DNA from: a virus
Taxonomy: Duplodnaviria; Caudoviricetes
Strand: one strand, 5' to 3'
DNA: 37,003 nt
IMG/VR virus record: IMGVR_UViG_3300050150_000008
Coordinates: 1-37,003 of that record
The notes under the pieces are model-generated. The model saw only the letters and a list, made by a program, of their open reading frames with translations. It was not told the DNA's origin and did no database searches. Positions within the stretch are counted from its first letter, which is position 1, and every line of letters starts with the position of its first letter. A program made the position numbers and the translations under genes. Positions 19,701 to 28,218 of the stretch are shown piece after piece.

Positions 19701-19860
19701 TAAAATCTTCCAAATCATCTAGCAAAGAGTAAGCAGCAAATTCTGGTTGTTTAGAAAGACGTCTATGTCTGAAGTCTTTTTCTTCGTGATTACGTCGCCG
19801 AAACTTCCGGCGTTCTTTTTCGTTGTAGTGATTCATTCCGGTCACGGAGTAGTTCCTCAT
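19690..19860 (-). CDS. Small basic/acidic hypothetical protein (56 aa, not in ORF track)
   Basis: Hand translation MRNYSVTGMNHYNEKERRKFRRRNHEEKDFRHRRLSKQPEFAAYSLLDDLEDFNEN; fills the gap and overlaps the next start. Confidence 0.5.
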   Translation of the reverse strand: MRNYSVTGMNHYNEKERRKFRRRNHEEKDFRHRRLSKQPEFAAYSLLDDLEDFNEN

Positions 19861-19924
19861 ATCTTTCAAGGAAACGTCATTTAGCTACTTCTTTTACGAC
19901 TTGATTGAGACAAAGATAGAAGAC

Positions 19925-20275
19925 TTAGTCTGTTCCATCTTCTTTTCTTAGAAGTAGTTCTAGTTTAGCCATCGCACCCCAGGCTTCATGGGCGGCATGT
20001 TTCAATTGGCTGTCTTCTGCCACGACTTCGCCTTTAGCTTCGGACAACATATGTCGAGTCTTTGCGTCTTGGTAGCGATTAAGACCGTCTTCGACAGAAA
20101 GCCACCCTCCCCAACTACCATACTTTTCAAAACCAAACTTACTGATGTTAGCTACGGCTTCAATGGCACGAGGAAAGTATTTAATAAAGCCCTGGTAGAC
20201 AGGAGACTTACCGGCGTCTAGTTTAAAACCACCAATGGCTTGCTTCTCTACAGAATCAGAGGTTACTTCCGTCAT
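19925..20275 (-). CDS. dATP/dGTP diphosphohydrolase-like protein (DUF5664 type)
   Basis: KLDAGK..AVANISKFGFEKY..W..RYQDAKTRH..DSQLKHAAH pattern; ATG 20275 with GAAGGA RBS. Confidence 0.75.
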   Translation of the reverse strand: MTEVTSDSVEKQAIGGFKLDAGKSPVYQGFIKYFPRAIEAVANISKFGFEKYGSWGGWLSVEDGLNRYQDAKTRHMLSEAKGEVVAEDSQLKHAAHEAWGAMAKLELLLRKEDGTD

Positions 20276-20444
20276 CTTCATTTCCTTCGAGTTCATCATC
20301 GTCATCTTCGGTATCAAAAAGTCCGGGATTTTCCCATCGGTACTGGCGCTCAGCCAAATCCTCAACGCGGGCACTGAAAGATTCTTCGGTTTGTTCATAT
20401 AGTTCGCCGTCAGCTCCCAGCCAAAAATACAGATCAGTCATCAT
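20256..20444 (-). CDS. Small acidic hypothetical protein
   Basis: MMTDLYFWLG.. with AAGGA RBS; overlaps both neighbours. Confidence 0.6.
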   Translation of the reverse strand: MMTDLYFWLGADGELYEQTEESFSARVEDLAERQYRWENPGLFDTEDDDDELEGNEDDGSNL

Positions 20445-20676
20445 TATCTTCCTTTGTAATTCCGAGTTCTTCTTCAATGAAGTCAAGCTCTTTTAGGATC
20501 TCTTCTTCAAACAAGTCTACAATGTCTTCGATGTCAATGTCCAGAAGCTCTACTAGCTCCCAACCTTCAAACCTAGCAATCAAGGCGTCCTTGATGTACC
20601 GAGGCAATTCTTCGTCTTCTCTAATAGTCACTTTAATGTCCCGTACACTTTCTTCAACTTCGTTAGACTTACCCAT
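20434..20676 (-). CDS. Acidic helical hypothetical protein
   Basis: ATG 20676 with AGGAG RBS; ELVELLDIDIEDIVDLFEEEI segment. Confidence 0.6.
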   Translation of the reverse strand: MGKSNEVEESVRDIKVTIREDEELPRYIKDALIARFEGWELVELLDIDIEDIVDLFEEEILKELDFIEEELGITKEDNDD

Positions 20677-21380
20677 TGGACGTCTCCTACTCCGTCTTCG
20701 ACTTCTGTAATAATGACTGCACCACGATGCCAGATAGAATTGGCAGGACCGGCGTAGTTTGCGTCGTAGTCTACAAAACAACCTACGTTAATACCCATAA
20801 GATCTCTGCCGTGAGTTCTATCAATCTTTAAGTCAAAGACATGGCTGTGACCAAATACAGAAGACTTGTTTCTTTTCTTAATTGTAGACCATGCAGAATG
20901 TGTTCCTGAAATTGGCCTTCCCATAAGACCACTAGTAAAATAGTGGCTGTAGTCAATGCCGTCAATATCAACGGCTTCCAAGAAAGGATAGACTTCCCAA
21001 GGAAACTCTTTGTATCCGATGTCTTCATTGCGAAGTTTACCTTCTAGATGAGGATGCTCTTTTACATACCTTTCAGGACGGATGTCGTGATTACCTAATG
21101 TCCAGACAAAGCGAGGCATCTTTTTCTTAGCCTTACGAACATAATGAAAGAGTCTCTCTTGGGCGTCAATGGCGGCGTTACAGTCTGCCTTATAACGGGC
21201 CCCTTCTTTTTCAAGAGGGTTGCTATGGGCACACAAAGAAGCCATGTCTGCGAGATCACCAATATTAATAACAACGTCAGGTTTTACGTCTTGGATTAGT
21301 TGACCGAAGAGGTTAAATCTGTCGTTGTTATAAGACGGATGGGCATGACTGTCTGGTAGGATTAGATGTGTTTTACTCAT
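20628..21380 (-). CDS. Calcineurin-like metallophosphoesterase
   Basis: DSH, GDLAD, GNHD, H and GHSH motifs in the expected order. Confidence 0.9.
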   Translation of the reverse strand: MSKTHLILPDSHAHPSYNNDRFNLFGQLIQDVKPDVVINIGDLADMASLCAHSNPLEKEGARYKADCNAAIDAQERLFHYVRKAKKKMPRFVWTLGNHDIRPERYVKEHPHLEGKLRNEDIGYKEFPWEVYPFLEAVDIDGIDYSHYFTSGLMGRPISGTHSAWSTIKKRNKSSVFGHSHVFDLKIDRTHGRDLMGINVGCFVDYDANYAGPANSIWHRGAVIITEVEDGVGDVQWVSLTKLKKVYGTLK

Positions 21381-21681
21381 AAAAATAATGTCCACCGATA
21401 CGCTTTATGAAGCGTTTGTTCCCCCACTTACCAGGGTAGTTCTTGAAGTAGAGAGCCCCTCCAGTAGGGTCTGTATCTGCAAGTTTGATTGTAAAATTGC
21501 TTGGAGGAGTGACTCTGTAAAACTGCCTTGGTGCATTAACAATTGCGCAAGGTGGTCGTTTTTGGGCTTTTGCTCTGTTGAGGATGACGTGGGCAACTGC
21601 CTGTCTTCCGATTTCTGGTTCGCCTTTGGCCTCGCCATAAATTACTCCTAAAATACAAGCCAGTGCTATTACTTTACTCAA
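21373..21681 (-). CDS. SleB/CwlJ-like cell wall hydrolase (minimal)
   Basis: IYGEAKGE..AVAHVILNR..QF..DPTGGALYF..IGGHYFY; start uncertain (TTG 21681). Confidence 0.85.
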   Translation of the reverse strand: MSKVIALACILGVIYGEAKGEPEIGRQAVAHVILNRAKAQKRPPCAIVNAPRQFYRVTPPSNFTIKLADTDPTGGALYFKNYPGKWGNKRFIKRIGGHYFYE

Positions 21682-21994
21682 TCTTTTTCTTTCTAGGGCG
21701 GCGGCGCTTCTTTTGGGGAGGAACAAACCAGCCGGTGTGTCTTTCGACATAATCAGCCATCCTCCGAAGAAGGTCTCCGTCTCTGTGTCTACCGATTACT
21801 CTGTGGTTACAATAGGCACATAACAATCCTCGAATTTCTCCTGTTGCATGGTCATGATCAACCGCAAGGCGTATGACGAACTCAGAGGAATCCCTCTTAC
21901 ATAAAGCGCAAGCATTGCATTGTTCAGACAGGAGTTGTTCATATTGTTCTTCTGTAATCCCATATTTGGATTTGAGATGACTAGCTCTTGACAT
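21674..21994 (-). CDS. Endonuclease VII-like nuclease
   Basis: KYGIT..Q...CALC..LAVDHDHATGEIRGLLCAYCN. Confidence 0.9.
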   Translation of the reverse strand: MSRASHLKSKYGITEEQYEQLLSEQCNACALCKRDSSEFVIRLAVDHDHATGEIRGLLCAYCNHRVIGRHRDGDLLRRMADYVERHTGWFVPPQKKRRRPRKKKIE

Positions 21995-22667
21995 TTGCCA
22001 TCAAGACTTTCCAACTCTCTGGAAAAATAGGTTCAATGATGTCAGAAATCATTTGAGCTACTTCACGAGTTTCTTGTTGGGCGTGGCTATCAAGACGCTG
22101 ACGACACATCCGTGCATAAGCGGCCAAAGAACCAGTCCAAAACCATTCCGTATACATACTCTGAGGAAGTACCATACGGGCTTGTTCGGGAGCTACTCCG
22201 TCTTCAATGAGTTGTTCATACATCTCAAGAGCTTGTTCAATAAACCATTCATACTCTACTTTAATGGCGTCGTTACGAGGGACAAATCCTTCTGCCGATC
22301 CTTGTTTTGCTCCATCAGTAGGACGAGGTCGAAACCCTTCAGGAAAGAAGAATTCAGGTTCGTCATCGACATACCTGCGAGAGACTTCATTTTCAGTAAA
22401 CCCTACTTTATGCTTAAACAACTGTGTCCTTACAAAGACAGGAGCTTTTACACGAAGAGTAATTTGAGGGTGGGCAAAAGGTGTCCAATGTTGGTGCTTT
22501 GCAAGGTAAGAAAGAAGCTTGACGTCTTGATCAGGAAGCTTGAAACTCCAGTCGTCTCCACTACTGTCACCTACGATTTCGTATTGACTTTCTTTATTGA
22601 AAGAAACACGGGCGGCGTTAACGACCATTACGTCATCACCTAGACTGTCGATGTATGTTACTTCCAT
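21981..22667 (-). CDS. thyX: FAD-dependent thymidylate synthase
   Basis: VVNAARVSF, HWTPF, QLFKHK..NEVSRRY, EQARMVLPQ, HAQQE. Confidence 0.93.
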   Translation of the reverse strand: MEVTYIDSLGDDVMVVNAARVSFNKESQYEIVGDSSGDDWSFKLPDQDVKLLSYLAKHQHWTPFAHPQITLRVKAPVFVRTQLFKHKVGFTENEVSRRYVDDEPEFFFPEGFRPRPTDGAKQGSAEGFVPRNDAIKVEYEWFIEQALEMYEQLIEDGVAPEQARMVLPQSMYTEWFWTGSLAAYARMCRQRLDSHAQQETREVAQMISDIIEPIFPESWKVLMANVKS

Positions 22668-23503
22668 TAGTTAACCTCATATACTTCAGGAGTCTTGACA
22701 ACTTTAATAAGGTATCTAGGTCCAGTTGAATAAATAAAAGTCCTTACTTCTGGCCAACAAGAAAACTTATGGGCACAATAAGAACACTCAGTCCCTAGTT
22801 TCATGTTACCACTTTTACCATCTGGTTCAGGTTGGAAACATTTTTCAGGAGGAGTGTCAGAAGCAATTACTTCTTGTAGGTGTTTAATTCTGTCTTCAGG
22901 AGGATGCTCTGCAATAACAGAAGGAGACAAAGTCATAAGAGTCAAATCGGCAGAGACTTTATCACAAGCAAGAAATGCAGCTTTTTCTCCAGGAGTTTCT
23001 ACTGTTGAATATCCCGATAGTTGCTGAATATAGCCGAAGGGATCTTTCTCAAGAAGAGAGTGGTTCTTGAATTTCTGGAAGCCGAAAGGAGAAGCAGACT
23101 TAACGTCAACGACAACACCATCAATTTTGGCGTCGATATGGCCTTTGACTCCAAGACAGGAGAGTTCTTTTTGTTCATCAGTGACGTCATGTCCGGCTTC
23201 TTTAGCAAGAAAGAGAAGAAGGGCTTCAATTATGTCTCCGTAGAGGAATTTGAAGTAGGTTTTCGACGAAAGTTCCTCTTTCTGAAAGCCGTGGGCGTCG
23301 TACCAGATTTGCCTGTCTTGCTTACCCAGATTGGAAAAGCGAAGGGTAAATCCTGAGATACGTTCTTGAAACCGGATTCGGATGGTTTCTGCAAGGGACT
23401 CTGTGAATTGTCTGAGGTTTTCTTCATTGACTGTGTGTGACTCATCAGGGTTAAAGAGGCCGTAGATATCCTCAACTAGTGTGTTCAACGATTTTTGGGA
23501 CAT
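22667..23503 (-). CDS. Cas4-like PD-(D/E)XK exonuclease
   Basis: GHIDAKIDGVVVDVKSAS, YIQQLSGY, C-terminal CSYC..C. Confidence 0.8.
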   Translation of the reverse strand: MSQKSLNTLVEDIYGLFNPDESHTVNEENLRQFTESLAETIRIRFQERISGFTLRFSNLGKQDRQIWYDAHGFQKEELSSKTYFKFLYGDIIEALLLFLAKEAGHDVTDEQKELSCLGVKGHIDAKIDGVVVDVKSASPFGFQKFKNHSLLEKDPFGYIQQLSGYSTVETPGEKAAFLACDKVSADLTLMTLSPSVIAEHPPEDRIKHLQEVIASDTPPEKCFQPEPDGKSGNMKLGTECSYCAHKFSCWPEVRTFIYSTGPRYLIKVVKTPEVYEVN

Positions 23504-23714
23504 CTCTGCTGTCTTTCTGTTCAGGAATAAAAGTCCAAGAATCTTCTGAGAATTGAATACTCTTTTGAAGAAATTCAGAAAATAACTTATCTCTTAAGGC
23601 AGGTTCGAGTTCGGACAAAGGGACTTTTCTTTTGTCTGTGTCTAGGTCGACTGAAACTGAACCTTCCATGACGAACTTACCAGTTCTTTTAAAATGAAAA
23701 TCGAAGCGTTTCAT
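23472..23714 (-). CDS. Hypothetical protein
   Basis: GAAGGA RBS, 80 aa, overlaps the next gene. Confidence 0.6.
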   Translation of the reverse strand: MKRFDFHFKRTGKFVMEGSVSVDLDTDKRKVPLSELEPALRDKLFSEFLQKSIQFSEDSWTFIPEQKDSRDVPKIVEHTS

Positions 23715-23808
23715 AAACGTCCTTCATGTTATGCCTCCGGTAGCGACTTATTCTACGCGCTCGTTACTCTACCACGCCGGAGGGACCCATGGCTCGAGAC
23801 TCAATTAC

Positions 23809-24360
23809 TTAGAAAGGGATTTCATCATTCAAGTCCTCGTCTTGCTCCTGAGTTTGAGTACCTTGAGCGGCTGCGGCTTGTGCAGCGGCAAAATAAGGAT
23901 CGCTTTCATCAAGAGCAGTAAAAGGCTTCGACTCGTAAGGGACGTGTTCAAGTACTCGAATAGCCCGAATATATACACCCTTCTTCATACCCTTACCGTA
24001 ATCTACAACGACAAACTTCAAATCAGCAACAGTGCCGTTGCCAAGTTCTTTCTCCTGATCCCAAGGCTTACCGAGAATATCAGTAACCTTAATGGTTTCA
24101 TTAGGAGAACCATCTTTCTTCAATTCGGCTTGCTTAAAAGACAGGAAAGGATTACCAGAGAGGTATTCGTCTTTAGTCTTTACACGGTCGGCAATACCGA
24201 CACTCTTCAAACCCTTTGCATCATCAGGCGTAATTTCCAGATCGACCTTCCATTCTCTCCCGTCTTTGTTGTAGTTCAAAGACAACTGATGTTCGAGAAC
24301 CTTAGCGAACGAAAGCTTACCACGGAGGGTAATCGTCTGGACGTCATTAGCCTTAGCCAT
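23809..24360 (-). CDS. ssDNA-binding protein, T7 gp2.5-like
   Basis: GKLSFAKV, ELGNGTVADL, RAIRVLEHVPY; acidic tail ending DEDLNDEIPF; adjacent to the polymerase. Confidence 0.8.
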   Translation of the reverse strand: MAKANDVQTITLRGKLSFAKVLEHQLSLNYNKDGREWKVDLEITPDDAKGLKSVGIADRVKTKDEYLSGNPFLSFKQAELKKDGSPNETIKVTDILGKPWDQEKELGNGTVADLKFVVVDYGKGMKKGVYIRAIRVLEHVPYESKPFTALDESDPYFAAAQAAAAQGTQTQEQDEDLNDEIPF

Positions 24361-24405
24361 ACATTATTCCTTTCATAAAAGGTAGAACTGCCTACCTTAT
24401 ACACT

Positions 24406-24434
24406 ATTATACCACAATTGTAGTGGTTTGTCAA
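24406..24434 (-). promoter_or_regulatory. Consensus sigma70 promoter for the ssb-to-lysis operon
   Basis: TTGACA-17 nt-TATAAT with extended -10 TG and AT-rich upstream sequence. Confidence 0.9.
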
Positions 24435-24446
24435 CAACTATTTTAA

Positions 24447-24686
24447 TTAAAATTTAAAAGAAGGATCGTAAACATCTACAACGTCGAATCGACCACATTT
24501 TTGGCATTTATACCAAGAATAATCACCTGTCTTACGTCTAAAAGTATAAAAATGATTACAAGGCTTTTGTTTTTCACTCTCTTTAGTGGGTTTCAGCCCA
24601 TGTTCTACCGACTTTCGAATCACATTCAATTGGTACACGGTAGTTAAAGCTATTCCCAGCACGAGCGAAAGCAATAGGGTACACAT
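24447..24686 (-). CDS. Small Zn-ribbon-like protein (start uncertain)
   Basis: CNH....CQKCG in the part that does not overlap the polymerase; true start probably downstream of 24686. Confidence 0.45.
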   Translation of the reverse strand: MCTLLLSLVLGIALTTVYQLNVIRKSVEHGLKPTKESEKQKPCNHFYTFRRKTGDYSWYKCQKCGRFDVVDVYDPSFKF

Positions 24687-26454
24687 CTTGTCTTAACTCC
24701 TCTACATGGTCTTTAAAAACATCACTCTGCCACTCGTCATGGATATCCCCTACTTTAAGGACATCAAGTTTACGTCTATAAATCAATGACGAACTATAGA
24801 TGGAAGCTTGTTTCATGATTCTTGATTCGTCTCCTTGTAGTAAGTAGCCAAGACGTGTGTGTGGAGAGGAGACGATAATGGGTGTCCCGTCACAAAGGAC
24901 AATTCTTCTAGTTCGCTCCACCTGTCTAGCAAGGTAATGGAGTAGATCTGCAAGACCCGGAAAATTAGAGATAAATCGCTTTTTAATTTCTCCACCGTCT
25001 CTTTTTGAGCCGCCAATGATTTGGCCGACTTTTTCGTCTCCTGCTCCCAATAGGAATGCGTAGATGAAAGTCTTAGCGACAGCTCTTGTTGTAAAGCCTC
25101 CAACTTCTTGGTTATAACTGTGTGGGTCGCCTCCGACGACTGCTTCTGTGAATTTGTCATTATTTAAATACTGCGCAAGGACGCGAAGCTGAATACCTTT
25201 AGCGTCAACTCCAACGAGAAGACGAGTCCTAGGATCGCGGCAACGCCATAGATCACGGCTTTCATAGGTGAATACCCCATCAGTTCCTTTAAGAGGGGAT
25301 TCGTCAGTCTTGCTAACGCGAACTGCTGGAATGTTAGCCGTGTTAGGATTAGAGTGGCGATAGCGGAGGGTATTAGCAAACCATAAACTGCCATGAATTG
25401 CGTGGGTGTGTTCATTGTATGATTCCATCCATGTATTTATCATGTTACCACGGGCGTTGTAGTCGATCCATTTTGCAATCAATCTAGCCCCTTGGTGATC
25501 TGATTTCTCTACGAAGGCTTCAAGAGAAGGAGATAGTTTACCTTTGATTACGGGCTGTGGCTGCCCTTTTGGATGTGACTTACTTGGCTTGGTGAATTCA
25601 AGAGGTTTCCATCCAAGTTCCAGTAGTCTTTCAACTCGCTGAGGTGGACTTCCAACGTTGAAACTAACGTAGGAATAGCAGTCATAGCTACCGTCGTCTC
25701 TCCGTCGAACATCATCATACTGTTCGAGATGTCGTTTAAAGTTTTGAGTGTCGCTTCCATCTTTCTTGCGACTTTGCTTCCCTGTAAAAACTCTTGTAAG
25801 TTGAGGAGGCCAATACTCATGGATTTCCCTTTCAAGTTCTTTCTCAATTTCACGAATCTTTGCATACAAGACGAGAGCTTCTTCGTAAGCAAAGTAAAAA
25901 CCGTTTCTTTTTTGGATTTGAATAAGAGCCCAAGACCTGTGTTCGAGTTCAATACCTCTTTCTGTAAAACCTACTTCGAGCATACGACGACGCAACTCTA
26001 GATAGACACGAAGACAGAGATGGCTGTCACGGAGACAGTAATCTTCTTGTCCTTGAGACCACTGAGAGAAATCAGACCAGTCACCTTTAGGATAGTTCAA
26101 ACGATTACCCCAAGCTTCAAGTGAGTGACCACCTGCAAGACTTGGAGAATAGATCATCGACATAATCATGGTGTCAATGATGTTAGCGACAGTAAGAGTA
26201 GTTGATAGGACTTTATTCAAGGTCGGCCCGTCGTATCCAAGACCGTTATGAAAGACAAGGTAATGGCCTTCTAAGACACGACTAGTAACCCAGGCTTTGA
26301 TGAGTTCTGGGTTACGTAGACGTATTTCTTGTTTAGTCTTGGCATTAACGGCAGTCAGACACCACACTTTCGTAACAGCAGGATATAAGTCGTTACCTTC
26401 GATGTCACATCCCCAAACGGTCGATAGATCAGCCGAAAGGTATTTGATCGTCAT
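24583..26454 (-). CDS. Family A DNA polymerase (T7 gp5-like) with 3'-5' exonuclease
   Basis: Exonuclease DIE, HN..YD, YC..D; motif A DAKGIQLR, motif B RAVAKTFIYAFLLG, motif C IHDE. Confidence 0.93.
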   Translation of the reverse strand: MTIKYLSADLSTVWGCDIEGNDLYPAVTKVWCLTAVNAKTKQEIRLRNPELIKAWVTSRVLEGHYLVFHNGLGYDGPTLNKVLSTTLTVANIIDTMIMSMIYSPSLAGGHSLEAWGNRLNYPKGDWSDFSQWSQGQEDYCLRDSHLCLRVYLELRRRMLEVGFTERGIELEHRSWALIQIQKRNGFYFAYEEALVLYAKIREIEKELEREIHEYWPPQLTRVFTGKQSRKKDGSDTQNFKRHLEQYDDVRRRDDGSYDCYSYVSFNVGSPPQRVERLLELGWKPLEFTKPSKSHPKGQPQPVIKGKLSPSLEAFVEKSDHQGARLIAKWIDYNARGNMINTWMESYNEHTHAIHGSLWFANTLRYRHSNPNTANIPAVRVSKTDESPLKGTDGVFTYESRDLWRCRDPRTRLLVGVDAKGIQLRVLAQYLNNDKFTEAVVGGDPHSYNQEVGGFTTRAVAKTFIYAFLLGAGDEKVGQIIGGSKRDGGEIKKRFISNFPGLADLLHYLARQVERTRRIVLCDGTPIIVSSPHTRLGYLLQGDESRIMKQASIYSSSLIYRRKLDVLKVGDIHDEWQSDVFKDHVEELRQDVYPIAFARAGNSFNYRVPIECDSKVGRTWAETH

Positions 26455-28093
26455 TTAATTGCCCTCCTGAAGTGAAGATGGCAGATTCTGCCTCGTCTAG
26501 TTCAGTAAGTCTTGCGGTATGTTTGTTGTAAAACAAATAACCGGCAGGGCCTGTAAAACCAGAGAAACGGTTCTTTTCGACAGAAACAGAAGTGATATTA
26601 CGACGCCACTCATTTGCTTCTGTCTTGTCACGTTGCAACCTAATAACGACATTGGCTAGTTGTTCAACACCGGCAGTACCACGAATCTGTCCTTGGCGAT
26701 TGGTGTGAATAATAGCAATGACAGAGATATCAAGCTCCATCGTCAATGTCTTTAATTTGGTGGCAATTTCGTCGAGTTGCTTTCGTTCGTCACCGGATTG
26801 ATCGGAAACAACGATGCTAAGGTGGTCAAGAACAATATACTTACAACCCAAGGCAACCATATGCCTGACTTTGTTAAGTACGGCATCAACAGTGTTACTA
26901 CCGAAATGGTCCCAAATGACAACCCGATTATTATTGAGAAGCTCGTCATATGCTCGACGAATATCCGTAGTAGGCCATTCGGCTTTAGGTAGAAGATGGT
27001 ACGGCTGAGAATTATGGACAGTAATAAGCCCGAGGGCGGTATCACCATTAGGCTCTTCAAGATGAAGGAATCCAACTCCGTAACCCTTTTCTTTGATCTC
27101 AGGATCGGTAAGAAGTTTGTGTTCGATGTGCTTGATGATGCTCGTCTTACCAACACCAGTGTCGGCGGTGACAATTACCATTTCAGACAGTCTCAAACCA
27201 AATGTCTTCTCATTCAATCCTGGAAAGGGATAGAGAGTAGAAAAACTCTCCTGTCTATTGATGATTTCATCCCACATTTCCGAGCCGAACTTGATCTCGT
27301 CTGGACGGAAGTTAGGGGCACCCCACCATTCTCGGACAAAGACGTCACTTTCTTTGTTCAAGAGATAGTCCGAGGCGTCTTTATATTTACGCATCGTGAG
27401 GATTTTAATCTTATTCAGAGGGAGTCCGCATCCTGCTGCTGCTCTAACAGCCTTGCGACCTGCTTCGTCGTTGTCGAAAGCAAAGACAATAGTATCGAAA
27501 GAGTTTAGGTACTCGAAGTCAGCAGATACATCGGCTTCAGCGGTGGAAGCAGAGTGGACAGAAACAGCAGGATATTTGCCGCCTGTCATTTGGTGGGCAG
27601 CCATGGCGTCGTCCTGTCCTTCTGTGACAGTAATAGCCTTGGCAGACCCTGGTTCAAAGGCGTGACGACCCCAGAGGCCTTTGTGTTGAAAAGAACCCTC
27701 GACAGAGAATTTCTTTTCTGGGTAACGAATCTTGTTACCGATGTGGTTGTTATTTGTGTCGTAGAGAGGGTATTTAGCCTCGTAGGGGGCGTTGCCAGAT
27801 CCGATGTCTACTTTGTATCGGCGGATCGTTTCCTCTGTCAGGAGGCGCTCCTTGAAAGGACGATAGACTTGTGTGATTGGGGAAAAGGGAGAAGACTTCT
27901 CTTTAGGTTCAGAAGTGACAGTAGTTGTAGTTGTAACTGTACCACTTTCAAAAGAACCGGGAGCCCACTTGGGCTTATCACAGCTCCCACTGTGACAGAA
28001 ACCTACACCAGAGGGTAGGACAGAGAATGCGTCAGACGACTTGCCACAAGGACAAGGTAAGTGAGTTTTACTCATCTTATTATTAGACCTCAT
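26429..28093 (-). CDS. Primase/helicase, T7 gp4-like
   Basis: Zn finger CPC..SSDA..CHSGSC, TOPRIM TEGQDDA / FDNDEAG, Walker A ADTGVGKT, LDHLS, KNRFSG; start 28093 or 28075. Confidence 0.93.
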   Translation of the reverse strand: MRSNNKMSKTHLPCPCGKSSDAFSVLPSGVGFCHSGSCDKPKWAPGSFESGTVTTTTTVTSEPKEKSSPFSPITQVYRPFKERLLTEETIRRYKVDIGSGNAPYEAKYPLYDTNNNHIGNKIRYPEKKFSVEGSFQHKGLWGRHAFEPGSAKAITVTEGQDDAMAAHQMTGGKYPAVSVHSASTAEADVSADFEYLNSFDTIVFAFDNDEAGRKAVRAAAGCGLPLNKIKILTMRKYKDASDYLLNKESDVFVREWWGAPNFRPDEIKFGSEMWDEIINRQESFSTLYPFPGLNEKTFGLRLSEMVIVTADTGVGKTSIIKHIEHKLLTDPEIKEKGYGVGFLHLEEPNGDTALGLITVHNSQPYHLLPKAEWPTTDIRRAYDELLNNNRVVIWDHFGSNTVDAVLNKVRHMVALGCKYIVLDHLSIVVSDQSGDERKQLDEIATKLKTLTMELDISVIAIIHTNRQGQIRGTAGVEQLANVVIRLQRDKTEANEWRRNITSVSVEKNRFSGFTGPAGYLFYNKHTARLTELDEAESAIFTSGGQLNDDQIPFG

Positions 28094-28180
28094 ATTATTG
28101 TTTTTATCGGTCGATTTAATTGTAGCAATTGTTTAGATATTGTTTAGAAACGGGGGGTGTATTAACCCCCCTGTACTAAT

Positions 28181-28209
28181 ATTATAACACAATATGTGTC
28201 ATTTGTCAA
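28181..28209 (-). promoter_or_regulatory. Consensus sigma70 promoter for primase/helicase and polymerase
   Basis: TTGACA-17 nt-TATAAT with extended -10 TG. Confidence 0.9.
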
Positions 28210-28218
28210 GCACTATTT

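Noticed and set aside
22667-23503. CRISPR-Cas locus suggested by the Cas4-like nuclease
   Set aside because: No repeat-spacer array or other cas genes; solo Cas4-like nucleases are common in phage replication modules.
23722-23800. tRNA or self-cleaving ribozyme
   Set aside because: Too short for a cloverleaf, no T-loop, and I could not build pistol, hammerhead or HDV pairings.
23731-24378. 215-aa + strand ORF
   Set aside because: Antisense to ssb; no motifs and runs against operon direction.
19925-26454. Z-genome (2-aminoadenine) system suggested by the DUF5664 enzyme and the unusual PolA
   Set aside because: No PurZ-like or HD-domain dATPase gene in the window; cannot be excluded for the rest of the genome.
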